From Gonapodya sp. JEL0774 (Eukaryota), in NCBI GenBank assembly GCA_027604505.1, contig JADIIX010000043.1, positions 62,001 through 126,000 on the forward strand: a DNA stretch of 64,000 bases, read 5' to 3'. The notes beneath the pieces were generated by a model. That model was not told where the DNA came from, did not search any database, and saw only the letters and a program-made list of their open reading frames with translations. The translations under genes and the position numbers were made by a program. The number at the start of each line of letters is the position of its first letter. Positions within the stretch are counted from its first letter, which is position 1. This document shows, piece by piece, positions 1-12,135 of this stretch.

Positions 1-487
1 CTAAAATGCGAAGCGGAGTTGGCATCCGTAGCAATGAAAACGAATGTTTATTTTTCGTACAAACTGATCCGCGTTTCGATCATCGTGCTGGGGCCGCCCT
101 CAAACACCTCCACCTCTCCACGCACTGCTTGCAATATGTGAGACTCAGTCTAGCACTCGGTCTTCAAAGGCGAGCGTTCGCTTGGACTGAGAGTAGTTGA
201 TGAAGCTCTTTACGCGGGTCCTAGTCCCAAATCATGACCTAAATATGTTTCAGACAGACAGAGATGAAAAGAAAATATTTAGTTTGTCAATGGGTTGTGG
301 GAGAGCTTTAACATTCTTGAGCGTTTTGCGAAGAGTCTTCGAAAGTGGCAGGCCCCATTTGAGCCGATTCCGATCCAATACGTGCACCTGCCGGATCGTC
401 TTTCCGCTTTTTAAGGAACAGAGTCACCTGCGCGGAAAAGACATATCTGCCATCATTTTCTGAAACGCGTGGGCTTTGCAATCGACC

Positions 488-1711
488 ATGGCCCCATTGA
501 TTCCGGCCCAGCTTCGACAATCTCGTAACGCAAATCCGGTAATCCCGGGGCATGCTTCATCAGTTATCATTGCCGCTCCTCGTCCTCGGGCAGAAATCAA
601 ATCAGGAGAGGAAGACTATCGGATTCTACTCCTGCAAAGGAGTGCCAGGCAAGTGATGGCTATTCGTTGCCATTTGAATCAGTTCTTCTTCGGTGCAAGC
701 CCTTTATTCAACATTTTAGAGGACAATTTGGTGGACTCATGGTATTTCCTGGTGGAAAAATTGAAGAAATTGATCGGGATACACGATGGGAACCATTACT
801 TAACCGTGTCGCCGTCGACTATCGGCCAAACACATTTAAGAAAGAGATTGTGCCACATGCACTCGCTGGCATTCGAGAAACATTTGAGGAATGTGGCATT
901 CTGATGTGCTCGGCTGCCAAAAAATGGACGCGGACAGAGGTTACAAGCTGGAGGGCACGAGTACACAATAATGCGTCCGCATTTTTGGATTTCTGTCTTC
1001 AGAACGATGCTTTGCCTCTCACTGCTGGACTCACTTACTGGAGCAATTGGATCACCCCCAAGGATGCGCCCAAGCGTTTCGATGTCAAGTTTTTCTTGAC
1101 TGTCCTACCCGAAACAACAGAAGAGGTGATTGAGAGAATAAAGGAACGAACCTCTGCAGATGGTACAGAAATATTATCCTTTAAGTGGATGACTCCAAGT
1201 GAGTTGATACATTTGTCGCTCGTGTCCGTGTATTACTCTCAATCTGCGACTGAACTGTTCCAATCAGAGGAAGCCATGGACGCTTTCAACAGTGGCCAAA
1301 TCAATCTGATTGATCCTCAATTCGCTCAACTCGCTGAATTGCACCAACGCTACCCGAAGTTGGACCAACTGCGTGCCTTCGTTCGACAAAAGGATCCCCA
1401 GGTTAGAACGGCGTTCGAGACAATGCCCTGCTCCCCAGAGTTCTACGTGAACGATGATGGCACAACTGGTGGGCAATCGGGTTTGTTGTTGAAACGAAAT
1501 ATCCGCTCTTAAATCAGCTTGTTTCATGCACATAGTGGTCGCACTGCCTGGTGATCCTATCTACTCCGAGGCAACGTCGATTCCCGGCTGTCGGGTTTCA
1601 GACCGTCATCGTATTTTGCTTGAGACCAAAGGCGGCACTGACTACCGCAAGATGGAATATGTGCGCGAACTGGTATTTGACAATGAACAGGGCGCCACGT
1701 CTAAACTGTAA
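488..1711 (+). CDS. Nudix hydrolase, NUDT19-like (acyl-CoA diphosphatase-like); spliced
   Basis: Spliced reading gives RILLLQRS..GQFGGLMVFPGGKIE, the Nudix box GIRETFEECG, and WSNWITP..RFDVKFF, which is typical of NUDT19-like proteins. Ends ATSKL*. Confidence 0.8.
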
Positions 1712-1779
1712 TCCGTTTGTTGATATTTTCAAATGACGACTTTCTATACATAGAACAGATATAAAATGAATGTTTAAAA

Positions 1780-4589
1780 TCACTGATTTTGCTCCTCTAA
1801 ATCTTTCGTGAACTTCTCGGACACCCCGAGCACCGTTCGAACCTGCCGCATTCCAAGATCCACATCTTGACTGGTCGCAATACACTTTGCAGTTTTGACG
1901 ATGCTCCGGATCTGCCGTCCGTTGAGTGCTACCTTTGCAAGGTTTGTGATATCCTCGTCGGTGAACGAGTAGCTCTTTCCAGCAGCGTTCTGCAAGCACC
2001 GCTTCCAAATTGTCGTCCGTGCGGTCGAGTCAAGATCTTCGTACTTGAGTGCGACGTTGATCCTCGACGCGAACGCAGGGTCGAACGATGCGATACGGTT
2101 CGTGGTGAGGAACAAGATTCCTTGGTGGTACTCGAGCAATCGGAGGAAAATACCAACCTTTTTAGCGGAGGGGTGACGTGAGAATCGCCAAGCTGATGTA
2201 CGAGCAGAAAACGGGCCGTGGACCTACCATTGCATTCCGGTGCACATCTGCAGAGTTGCGGCGTTCCAGGAACACGTCCGCCTCATCCAGCAACAGCACA
2301 GCCTTCCAGGAGCTCGCGATTTTCAAAACTAAGTCAAAAGCAGAAAAGAGCGTGAGATGCATCAAGCAAAGTTCAGTTCTTCGCGCGAAATCAATAATGC
2401 AACAACATACCGTCGGACAATTGGTATTCAAGTGTAGACGCATCAGTCCCGAGCTCTCCGACTGTCACGCTGTAGAGCGGTTTGTGCAGCAGCTCAGCAA
2501 CCGCTACATCAGATCAAAGATGAACATCGGTTGAGCTCTGATCAAATCAAACCAACCGTTGCCGACATCTCTCACCTTCCGCGGTGAGCGTTTTTCCCAT
2601 CCCCGGGTTCCCATGCAGCAAAAAGATCGTCCCCACACCCTTCCCCGTGATTAAATCCTTGATCCCTCCCGTGGACCCCACCCCATGTTTCACGAGCCCC
2701 TTTATCATATCCTTTGTGTCCTCTTCCATCACCAGTCCCTCGTACGCGTCGTCGTCAAACTCTATGGGGGAGAACTTTTCCACGTACATGCGCCCCCACC
2801 GCTTGACGGCCATGGCGAATCCGACCACGGTGGCCGGGCAGAGGAAGAGCTGGTCGTAATAGACGCCACCGATCATGTCCTCTTCGTCCGCGTCGTTGTC
2901 GGAGCCGTAGCCGTAGTTGCGAGTGGGGGCACTGTCGGAGGGGTTTTGGCTGGTGGTGGCGGGGGAGACATGGCGTTCCTGTAAGTGATCGGGAACAACC
3001 CCAAGCGAGCGGAACCACACCGTGTCTCTCACCGGAAATAGTTATCGAAATCCACCATGGCTCTTCCCGTCGCCGGTAGTTTCAGCCGTGGAAGAACCAG
3101 TGCACCGTCGTAGTGAAGGTACTGTGGCTTGAAATCGGATTTGAGGTCCTTCAAGTGGAGGTACTGGGGCTTGAAATCGGATTTGAGGTCCTTCCCGTTG
3201 AGGGTCACAGAGGCCGCCACTTCCACGTCTCGAGCACCGTCGGAGGCGTCCTCGTCGTCCTCGATCAACTCGGTGGGCCGGTCAAGAACTTTCCCGCCCA
3301 AGAGGGACACGAACTTTTTCCCGCGCTCGATGAGGTCGTCCTTGAGAGCGGGCGGGGCGTATTTAAGTGGTACGATGGGAAGCTGTGGGAGAGTCAATCC
3401 CATGTCATGGTCAGGGTGGCAATTCAGTGGTCCGACAGTCGAACGATCGCAAGAACTCACTGTGTTGATTTTTCTCAATTTGTCAAACGACCTGATCGAC
3501 AGAGTCGACTTCACGGGGACGAACGCGCCCTCTCCGGCGTAGTCCACACTCTTTATGCGGATCTCGAACCGCGGCGGTTGATCGCCCCAACCCTGGGCAA
3601 ACGTAGTTCCCAAGACGATTCCAGCCTGGGGCGAGTCTGTGGAGCAATCCCCGTAATAAATCTCCGCGCCACGGGGGAAAATGTGTGGGAGGAGCTTGTA
3701 CGAGATGGAGTTGTGGGAGAGGATGCGTTGGAGTTTGCTCGTGGTGGATGCGCAGTCCTCGTCGAGGAATTTGAGCAATAGTCGTGTGTCCGTGAGCTGG
3801 TCTGAGATCGGGGCTTCAGGAGACTGCAAGGTCATGTCAGTGGACGCCGCGGACGAGGGAACGGATTGGTCGTCCGAGGGAGGGCTGCTCGCAGGGACAG
3901 TGCACGTGGAAGCGGCCTTGTCTGCATCGGCAGAGAGCCGTTTGACGAGTTGTTGGAGGGGGAAGTAGACGCGGAGGATTTCCTCGGTGCTAATGACGGG
4001 GTCGTCTTCGTGGAGGTCCTCGTTGTCGGGGAGGAGCTCGAGCATGGATTGAAGGAGAGGTGGGGAGAAGTCCGTGATGCTTTTCGAGGGAGATGAGGAA
4101 ATGAACAGCGAAAGTGAGCCGGATGAAAATCGATCGATGCGACGTGGTGGGTTACTATGGCTTGAGGCACGTACCATAGGCTCTTCTTCCCCTCGGATCT
4201 CCTTGTGATGACCGTGAAGCGCACGTGAACGGGCTTGTCTTCCTCTGCCTTTTTCTCGTCGGGAAATGTCTCCACATCGTCCCACGTGAGAGTTTCGAGG
4301 TTCCAATTTTCTTTCGAATCCCCAAGCAAGCAAAAATTAATGGACCGTGGGCCGGTGGGCGGGTGAGCTTCGCATTTCTTTTGAGGGAGGCTGCTCACGC
4401 TTACTCACGCATGACGCGCTTGAAGGTCGGCGTCTTGTCATCTTTTGCGTCCTCTGTTTTCTTCTCTTCGTCCTCCGGTTGGGTTGATGGAGCAGGGCTA
4501 AGCAAAGAGGAACGCACCCAGGCTGCGACGGAACCTGCGGCGATGGCGCCGACACCGAGAGCGGTTGGAACGAGCAAGCGATTCGCCAT
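1780..4589 (-). CDS. AAA+ ATPase, fungal single-AAA-domain type; spliced
   Basis: Walker A LLHGNPGMGKTLTAE, Walker B VLLLDEADVFLE, sensor/SRH LEYHQGILFLTTNRIASFDPAFASRI, and LNGRQIRSIVK. The start codon is uncertain. Confidence 0.88.
3116..3193. repeat. 39-bp in-frame tandem duplication inside an AAA ATPase exon
   Basis: GGCTTGAAATCGGATTTGAGGTCCTT occurs twice; the protein reads KDLKSDFKPQYLH-L-KDLKSDFKPQYLH. Confidence 0.9.
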
Positions 4590-4869
4590 TGAAGGAGGAA
4601 TAAAAGCGGGTTTGAAAACTGGAGAGTCGGCAGAACGAATGGGTCCATCTTGTCTTGTAGGGTCGTTTATATAGGCATATGGGGGTGCCTGCCTTGATAC
4701 TCCCACCGTGGCCATAAACCTGTCCGTGGCCACTCTGTCAGTTTGCTTTACTCGCCCGCTGCACTGTGACTCTAAACCAATCCATCCATCGGTTGAACTA
4801 TTCAGTATATTTGAAGAAGTTTATCCCGCACTTTTACAAACAAATCGGGAATCGACGCAAATACAACTG

Positions 4870-6410
4870 GATATTTGGTGACATGGTGGTCCGGACGAGT
4901 TCCGACGCCATGGTGATCTGTGGTGAGCACACGCCAAATCATTTTCAGCTCCATCCACAACTGCGATGGCTCTGCGAACAGTGAAATCACACAGCGTAAC
5001 ATGCCAAAAACAAACTCATCGGCTCACTTTTGCAATTTTGTCGTCGGAGGCGTGACTTTTACCCAAAAGTAATGTTTTCGGCGGAATCACAAAGCGCTCC
5101 GAGAGAGTACACTCTACCCTCAGTACATGCTCTAGTATGTTGGTAGCTTGACTGCGAAGTTTGGCTGCCTTCGGATGGAATTTACGGTCGCTGCAGACCT
5201 CCTTCGACGAGCAGAAAGAGGTCTGCCGGAAGAACGGTTTTAACCATACGAGAAGCACGAAACCTCCACCACCCGCTCGAACGAGAGCCAAATCGGGACT
5301 TTTGAGCCGGTCAGATTATTGAGAAAGATTTTATCTTGAGCCTAGAAGCCGAGATTGGTCACCCTAGGTCCTCGCGAGAGCTAAATTTGATTTTGTTTGG
5401 GACCACAATATGGAGGCCGCACGGGAACCGCTCTTTGCACTCCTTTGATGGGGCAATCAGCCACCGGGTTGCATCAAACGGCATGTAGTTTTAATCGAAC
5501 TCATGAAATTCACTGTATTTGGTGACGAAGATGTCTGGACGCTGCCCCGACGCCGCGGTGATGTGGTTTGAGCACACGCCAAATCATTTTCAGGTCCATC
5601 CACAACTGCGATGGCTCTGCGATCAGTGAAATCCCACAGAAAATTATGTTTGGAACAAACTCATCGGCTCACATTTGCGGTTTTGTCATCGGAGGTGGGA
5701 CTTTTGCCCAAGAGCGGTGTTTTGGGCGGAATCACAAAACGCTCAGAGATCGTATGCGACACCGTCAGTGCATGCTTTAGTATATCGATAGTTCGACTTG
5801 GAGGTTTGGTTCCCCTCGGGTGCAATTTACGGTCACTGCAGACCTCTTTCGACCACCGCAAAGAGGTCTGCCGGATGAACGGTTTTAACCATACGACGAG
5901 CACGAAACCTCCACCAGCCGCTCGAACGAGAGCCAAATCGGGACTTTTGAGCCGATCAGATTATTAAGAAAGATTTTATCTTGAGCCTAGAAGCCGAGAT
6001 TGGTCACCCTAGGTCCTCGCGAGAGCTAAATTTGATTTTGAGTGGGATCACCATATAGAGGGCGCACGGGAACCGCTCTTTGCGCTCCTTTGATGGGGCA
6101 ATCGGCCTCCGGGCTGCATAGAACGATATGCAGCTTTAATAGAACTCATAGATTCTCACCGTATTTGGTGACGAAGATGTCTGAATGATGTCCCGGCACA
6201 ACGGTGGTGTGTCTTGAACACGCCGAATCATTTTTGGCTCCATCCACCACTGCGATGGTTCTACGAGCAGCGGAAACACGCAGTAAAATATGCTTAAAAT
6301 TAGCTGATCGGCTCACATTTGCATTTTTCGGTTGGAGTTGCGGACTCTCTTCCAGGCTGGGCAATGTTGTCAGCGCATCAAGAAAACGCTCAGAGATCGT
6401 ACATGGCGCC
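4870..6410. repeat. Diverged tandem repeat, period about 645 bp, about 2.4 copies
   Basis: The anchor TATTTGGTGAC recurs with GGTG at 4877, 5521 and 6167 (spacing 644 and 646). Near-identical blocks lie at 5250-5400 and 5895-6045. Confidence 0.92.
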
Positions 6411-6465
6411 CTTAGTAGTCAGTAGTCAGTAAGTAGTGCACTCTTTGCACTGTGTCACTTCAAGT

Positions 6466-6516
6466 TGAATGTGTTCCGCCTGGTATTCGCTGAATGTGTT
6501 CCTGCCTGGTATTCGC
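6466..6516. repeat. 25/26-bp tandem duplication
   Basis: TGAATGTGTTCC(T)GCCTGGTATTCGC occurs twice. Confidence 0.8.
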
Positions 6517-6617
6517 AGTCATTCCAGTGCAGCGTGCAGATCGAGTTCATACAAACATATAATTACAATCGGTACCATCGTCATGCCCTTCTTCACGTGT
6601 GTATTATACATTCACAT

Positions 6618-7809
6618 TCATGCCAGCGGTGATCGCATCCTCACCATTTTTATCCGCCCGATAGAATTGAAGTCGCCGTTCCATCTCCTGCGAACACGGA
6701 AAAAAAAATTGGCGACGTGTGAGTCTCTCGTTCATGATTCCAGCTCGAAATACGAAAGACAACTGCGCTCCTGGTTGGTCAGTACTGCTACTCACGCAAG
6801 TACATGCCGGTTCTTGGCATCCATTAGATCAGGAACCTCTGCATAAATTGGGTTCCAAGGCAGGTGGTGGCGCAAACCATGAGTCACTGCTACTCCATTT
6901 CCAATATTCAAAATCGCAGCTATTGCAAACCCACCTAAACCACCCTTGCCCTCGTACTCTGAAAACTCCTTTTTCCTCATGGCCTCCATCATGTCTATCC
7001 GCGCAGATTTGGTCTTGGTCCGGTGAAGGCCGGAGGATTTCGCTTCGTGCTGGGCAATGTCGTCGTCGTGGCGGCGAAGGTAGCTGGGGTGGTTTGCGGG
7101 GGAGAATCGAGGTGGGGGAAGAGGTGCCGGCGCAGAAGAGCGGAGGCAGGGCAGAGTGATTAATCTGACCTAAAAAAACAGCACAGAGTCATGAAAACGA
7201 GGCTACCCACAGGTCAATAAGCTCGTGAAAGTCCGCCTTGGTGAAGACGAACGTGCTCGCTGAAGACGACTTCTCGGCGACTGTAGCTGTTTCGACCCCC
7301 TTGTCCGCACTCGCACTCTCAGTGTCCATATCTGCAGTTTTCACAGCGACAGATTCTCCCTCGGTGCCACCGGCGGAGCCATCCCCTCTACCCGCACCTA
7401 CTTCGGCTCCCACCGAACTCTCCTCCACCTCCGCCTCCATCGCATCCCCATCATCCCCGTCCCCCTCCTCCCCAGGTTCTGCATCCTTCCTCCTCGCTCT
7501 CTCCAGGTCCTCCGCCTCGTCGGCCACCAACGGACATGCAAACTTGAACCACAAGATCCTGTCGATCACCCCAACCCGCTTGGCGTCCGTCTCCCCTCTG
7601 GACGCGTGAATCCGCTCCTGCCGCAACGTGGCTCGACGGAGTTGGATCTGCTTCCGAGAGTCGGGATGGGAGTTAGAGATGGACATGGTCGGGCCCGTGC
7701 TCGTGCTCCGTCGTGGTTCCGTTGAGCTTGAGTTGGGAGCAGGCTTCTGATTTGCCTTTTTCTTGGGCTTGAGGAGATGACCCAAGGATTTGACTTTGTT
7801 GTTGGGCAT
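6618..7809 (-). CDS. TMA16: Translation machinery-associated protein 16 (Tma16 family); spliced, with an acidic low-complexity insert
   Basis: HPDSRKQIQLRRATLRQER, DRILWFK, FHELIDL, EVPDLMDAKN and the terminal exon RWNGDFNSIGRIKMVR resemble Tma16 conserved motifs. Confidence 0.75.
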
Positions 7810-7875
7810 TTTGTGATTGGGATTCACGTGTGATGGGGAGTGGGGAAAGAAAGGAGCGGGGGTTGCCTGTTGGAG

Positions 7876-8029
7876 CTTTCTCTTTTCCAAGTGATGCTCT
7901 GTGGTCACCCGTGATCGCCCCCTTGTGATCACCCAGTTCCACAATTTGTTTACTTTCTCTTTTCCAAGTGATGCTCTGTGGTCACCCGTGATCGCCCCCT
8001 TGTGATCACCCAGTTCCACAATTTGTTTA
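7876..8029. repeat. Perfect 77-bp tandem duplication upstream of TMA16
   Basis: CTTTCTCTTTTCCAAGTGATGCTCTGTGGTCACCCG...ACAATTTGTTTA starts at 7876 and again at 7953. Confidence 0.92.
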
Positions 8030-8130
8030 ATTCCTTCTGCCGTTTTCATTGCACGTAAAATTCTCAGCATCTCATTTTATTTCAAGTTTAGCTCAATTGA
8101 AATCGCCAAAACTGGTTCTCCCCGCCACGT

Positions 8131-11100
8131 TCACCACACCGTCCTCTTCCCCGCCACCCACGTCTCCACCACATCAAGGTTCCCAATCTCACCCTTTGCA
8201 ACATCACACTCGGTCGGGTCTGTCGAAAGAACCACAAAATCCTGAAGAACGTTTTGGGTGCGCGGCGACACGAAAAACCCAAGTACACAAACAACTCGTT
8301 GAGATTTCTGTCCGGTTCACATCTGCGCGACCAAGCTTCGGCCCGAGTGACTCACCGCGTACTTGCCGACCTCGATCGATCCCGTGATCTTCTCGGCACC
8401 CAGAGCTAACGCGCTGTTATACGTCACGGCCTTGATCGCGTCCATCACCGGTATCGTCTGCCGTCACAACGAACCGGACGTGAGGAAGTGGAGCGAGCCA
8501 GTAAGTCACCAAAACTGCCCGCACACACGCCTTCCCCTGTCCAGCCTCTGTGCACCTTTACGTACCTCGGTGTCCTTGTTGTACGCGTTACCGCCGCACG
8601 TCTTCCTGTCCGCCATCAACTGGATGTCCTTCACCGGCTGCGGTGGAACCACTGGAGAGTCGGAATGGACTGTGAAACGGAAAGGCAAGGTTCAAAAGGT
8701 TTCCCACACATCTGTGGGGTGTGGGTGCGAGCAGGGGTGGTGATGGTTGTGGTTTCTGCAACTCACCGTTGAAAGGAATCCCGTGACGTTTGGCCGTGCC
8801 CCACGTAACCCTTTGGAAAAACAAGCCCAGTCGCAAAATCGAGTCACTCTACCGCCGTTCTCCCGCGAAATCCCACGACCCCCACGACTCCACTCACATC
8901 TTCTCCCTCAACAGTGGGCCAAACACTTTGGTGTAGCAGTAATCACCGATCCAGTAGTAAAACGAACTCATGAAAGAAGGTCTGTTCGTGAAATCGAGTG
9001 CCACCCAATGCGTCAATCAAAACAGCAGTCGACCACCCCACAACCCCGCCCTCCTCACTCACAGCGCCCCGACCTCCTTCATCCTCGGATACTGCTCTTC
9101 CCTACTGACCGTCACATGGTCCACCCTCAGCCTCCACCTGCCCTGGTCCCGCCACCGGTCGGCCCGATCCTCGGGCCCGTACGGGTCGTCGCAGGGACCC
9201 CACACAGACATCATCGAGGTGAGGACAAGGTCGGTGGCTGAGTCGCCGATGGCTGGGCGGCGGGGGAGTGGGGGGGGGGGGGGGGGGGGGGCTGTGGGGG
9301 TGGGGGGGGGGTGATCGANNNNNNNNNNCGCGGGCCCGCGCGCGGCGCCCCCGGGGGCGCGGCCGCGCGCGCGCGCCCCCGGGCGCCGCGGGGGGGTGGA
9401 GGAAGGAGCGTGTTTGTTGTGGTGATGATTGGGTGCGAGGGGTTGGAACTGCAACCGACCCACCGCACGGGGATACGGGAACCCGACCCGCTACCGCGAT
9501 GCGTCTTTCCTCTTTCCGCCCCGCCTACATACCGTGCACGACAGGCGACAGTCCCGCGTCCTTGATCTTGGCCAGGTTCTGTGAGATCTCGTCGGGCGTG
9601 AAGTTGAGAAACCCGTAGTTGGACTCGTCCCCGGTGTAGTGTTCCGTCACGTACGCGGTCCTAGGGTCGGTAACATGCGCCACCACACACGGCCGTCACA
9701 AAAAAAAAAAAAAAACGGTCACTCACACATGCACAACGCCCGCGGTTCCCCCACACACACGACAACCCACCTCCCCTGCCCACTCGCATCGCTCAGCATC
9801 TTTATGCCCCCCAAGGCAAACATATGCCCTGCCCAATCCCCCCTGTCCATCTCTGGCGGGCCCCCGTCCTCGGGGACCGTGACCGGGTACCAGTACGGGT
9901 CTCCGGGCGAGGTTTGAACGGCACCCGAGGCCAGGGCCAGGGAGACGAAGGCGGTGGGCGGGCGGGGTTGGAGGATCTACCGGGGGGAGGGTGGTGTGTG
10001 GTGAGGGGAAGGAATGAATGCGGGGGACGGTCGGGAAGGCACGTTCCTCCTTCCACCACACCCCCCACCCCCGCCCCACGAATGCCCGTCGTGTTCCCCT
10101 AACTCACATTCGGATGAAACACCACCCTGACCGGTAACCCTTCCCCTTGTCCATCTCTCACCGCCTTGTACAGCTCGATCACGTTTGCGGCGTCCCCGCC
10201 CGCCCCCACGTCGCCGAGCGTGGTGATGCCCTTGCGGGAAAACTTTTCCCTCAGAACGGTGGACAGGTGGGAGGCTAGGACCGCGGGGGTGGGCCGGGCG
10301 AGCAGCGAGGCGAAGCGGTCCACGCAGGATTCGTGGCAGCGGCCGTTGAGGCGGCCTGGGGGGGGTGGAGGGGGGGGGGAAGAGGTGCAGAGGATCGGTG
10401 AGTTACCCGCACACCACACCGCGTCACACCGCATCCCGTACACCCCGCGTCCATCCCCCACACGCAACGCAAACCCGCTCGACCTCCCCACCCTCCATCC
10501 CCTCAAGAAACTCAAAACCCACCGTCCGCGTCCTTCTCGAGCACGCCCCCGTTGGGGAAGTCTGGTGTGGATTCGTCGACGCTTTGGGTTGGTGGTTGTT
10601 GTCGGCGTGGTGGGGTTGTGTTGGGTTGGTGCGGTTTTGGTTGGGTTAGGTAGAGTGGGTGGGGCGTGTTGTTGGTTGCGTTGGGTTGGTGGTCGTGCGT
10701 GTCGGTGGATGTGTGAGAGAATCCCAGTTAGCGTGTTGTCACAGCCCCACGTTACCCTCCCCGCACACGTCAGTTGTCACAAGGTTGGGCGACCCCGCAT
10801 ACTGCACGTCCACACCACCAACCCCCAACCCAACCCCCCAAAGGAAAACAAAAAAAACTCACCCGACCATGGCGAAGAAGGCCGAGTTGAGGATGACGGA
10901 GTGCCATGTGTTGTGGACTTTGTCGGGGGGGAAGGGGAAGGGGAAGGGTGGTGGGCGGAGGATAGGGAGTGGGGGTGGGTGGGTGGGTGGTGTGCGGGAC
11001 GGGAGCGGGACGCACCAACGCAGATGCTCGGAGGGGGGCATACTGGGTGGCGGGAGGGAACCGTGCCCCCATTCCCGTACCCACCACGGCGAACCTTGGA

Positions 11101-12135
11101 CCCCACCCCGTACCCACCCTACTCCACGTACCCCACTCCCCGCACCCCACTCCCACCGCCGCGCGCCACCCCCCTCCCACTGAAACTCACCGACCACCAC
11201 CGGCCTGTTCCCAACCACCTCGTCCAACTCCCACCTGGTGATGAACTTTCCGTCGTCGGTCTGCATGGCGTGGTTGAACCCTTGGAATCCCAGGGGTTTC
11301 AGGGGGTCCGGCTCGGCGAGGTGGGCTGCGCGGATGGCGGAGAGGAGGGAGGGCTTGGTCGGGCAGGTGAACATGTCGACTTGGGGGGGGGAAAGGGGGA
11401 TGGTTGGGGGTGATGGGGGATGGGAATGGGAACGGGAATGGGAATGGGAAGAGGGAACGAGGGACGAGGGGACGTACCGATTTTGAGCGGGTCTTCGATC
11501 ATGGCTGTGGGGTGGGTGTGGGGGTCGACGAAGCTGGGAAGAGGGGGGTGAGGGGTCAAGGAGACAATCGGGTGGTGGTGGTGGTGGTGGAGTAGCGAGG
11601 TGGCGGTGGGACGGAACTCGTGAGCACCGGGGGGTCATTTCAATCAATCGCACGTGCATCCATGACTCAACACGTTCATAATGCAGTGTGCCAGGGAGAA
11701 AAGGACAGGGAGACAGACTCACCCAGGCAAAACACATTTGCCGGCCAAGTCCACGACGACGGTGTCGTCCTCCTTGAGCTTCAAGACGTCGTGCACGTCG
11801 CCGACGGCTGCGATTGTTCCGTTTTTGGAGACGGCGATGGCAGAAGCGCGGGGTGGGGCAGACGGGGAGGGTGCGACAGTGATGGCGTTGCAGTTTATGA
11901 GGATTGATGCGATGGAGGAGAGACGGGAAGGGGCGGGTGAAGGAGCGCCACCGCGGAGGCGGAGGGAGGGGACAGGAGGCCTTGGGGAGGGGAAAGGGAG
12001 AAGGGGATGGAGCAGGGGAGAAAGCAGGGGAGAACGTGCGGAGATTGAACGGGGAACGGGAACAGGAGGATGGAAAAAAGGAGAAAAAAAGGGGGAGGAA
12101 GGAGAATATGCGCGCAGTCACTCCTCACCAGTCAT
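8131..12135 (-). CDS. Amidohydrolase family 3 (YtcJ/NfdA-like metal-dependent hydrolase); many introns, one N-gap
   Basis: Exons give AIAVSKNGTIAAVG..VVDLAGKCVLPG, ITRWELDEV, HSVILNS, GITTLGD, GIKMLSD, AIGDSA, RVDHV, HSDSPVVP, AVTYNSA..GSIEVGKYA/DFVVLSTDP..ETWVAG*. Confidence 0.88.

Noticed and set aside
5005..5030. CCGATGAG on the minus strand resembling a hammerhead ribozyme core
   Set aside because: It differs from CUGAUGA, is not conserved in copy 3, and I found no supporting stems with GAAA.
5240..5330. Possible 5S rRNA or CRISPR-like interpretation of the tandem array
   Set aside because: Only a short CCATAC resemblance to 5S, no short repeat-spacer periodicity, and no cas genes.
5016..5967. 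Paralogous ~91-118 aa ORFs inside the 645-bp repeat units
   Set aside because: No recognisable domain, the minus-strand ORFs lack an ATG start, and the similarity is explained by the DNA repeat itself.
9260..9400. Almost pure G/C palindromic stretch suggesting a cruciform or Z-DNA element
   Set aside because: It abuts an N-gap and homopolymer runs, so it is most likely low-quality base calling.
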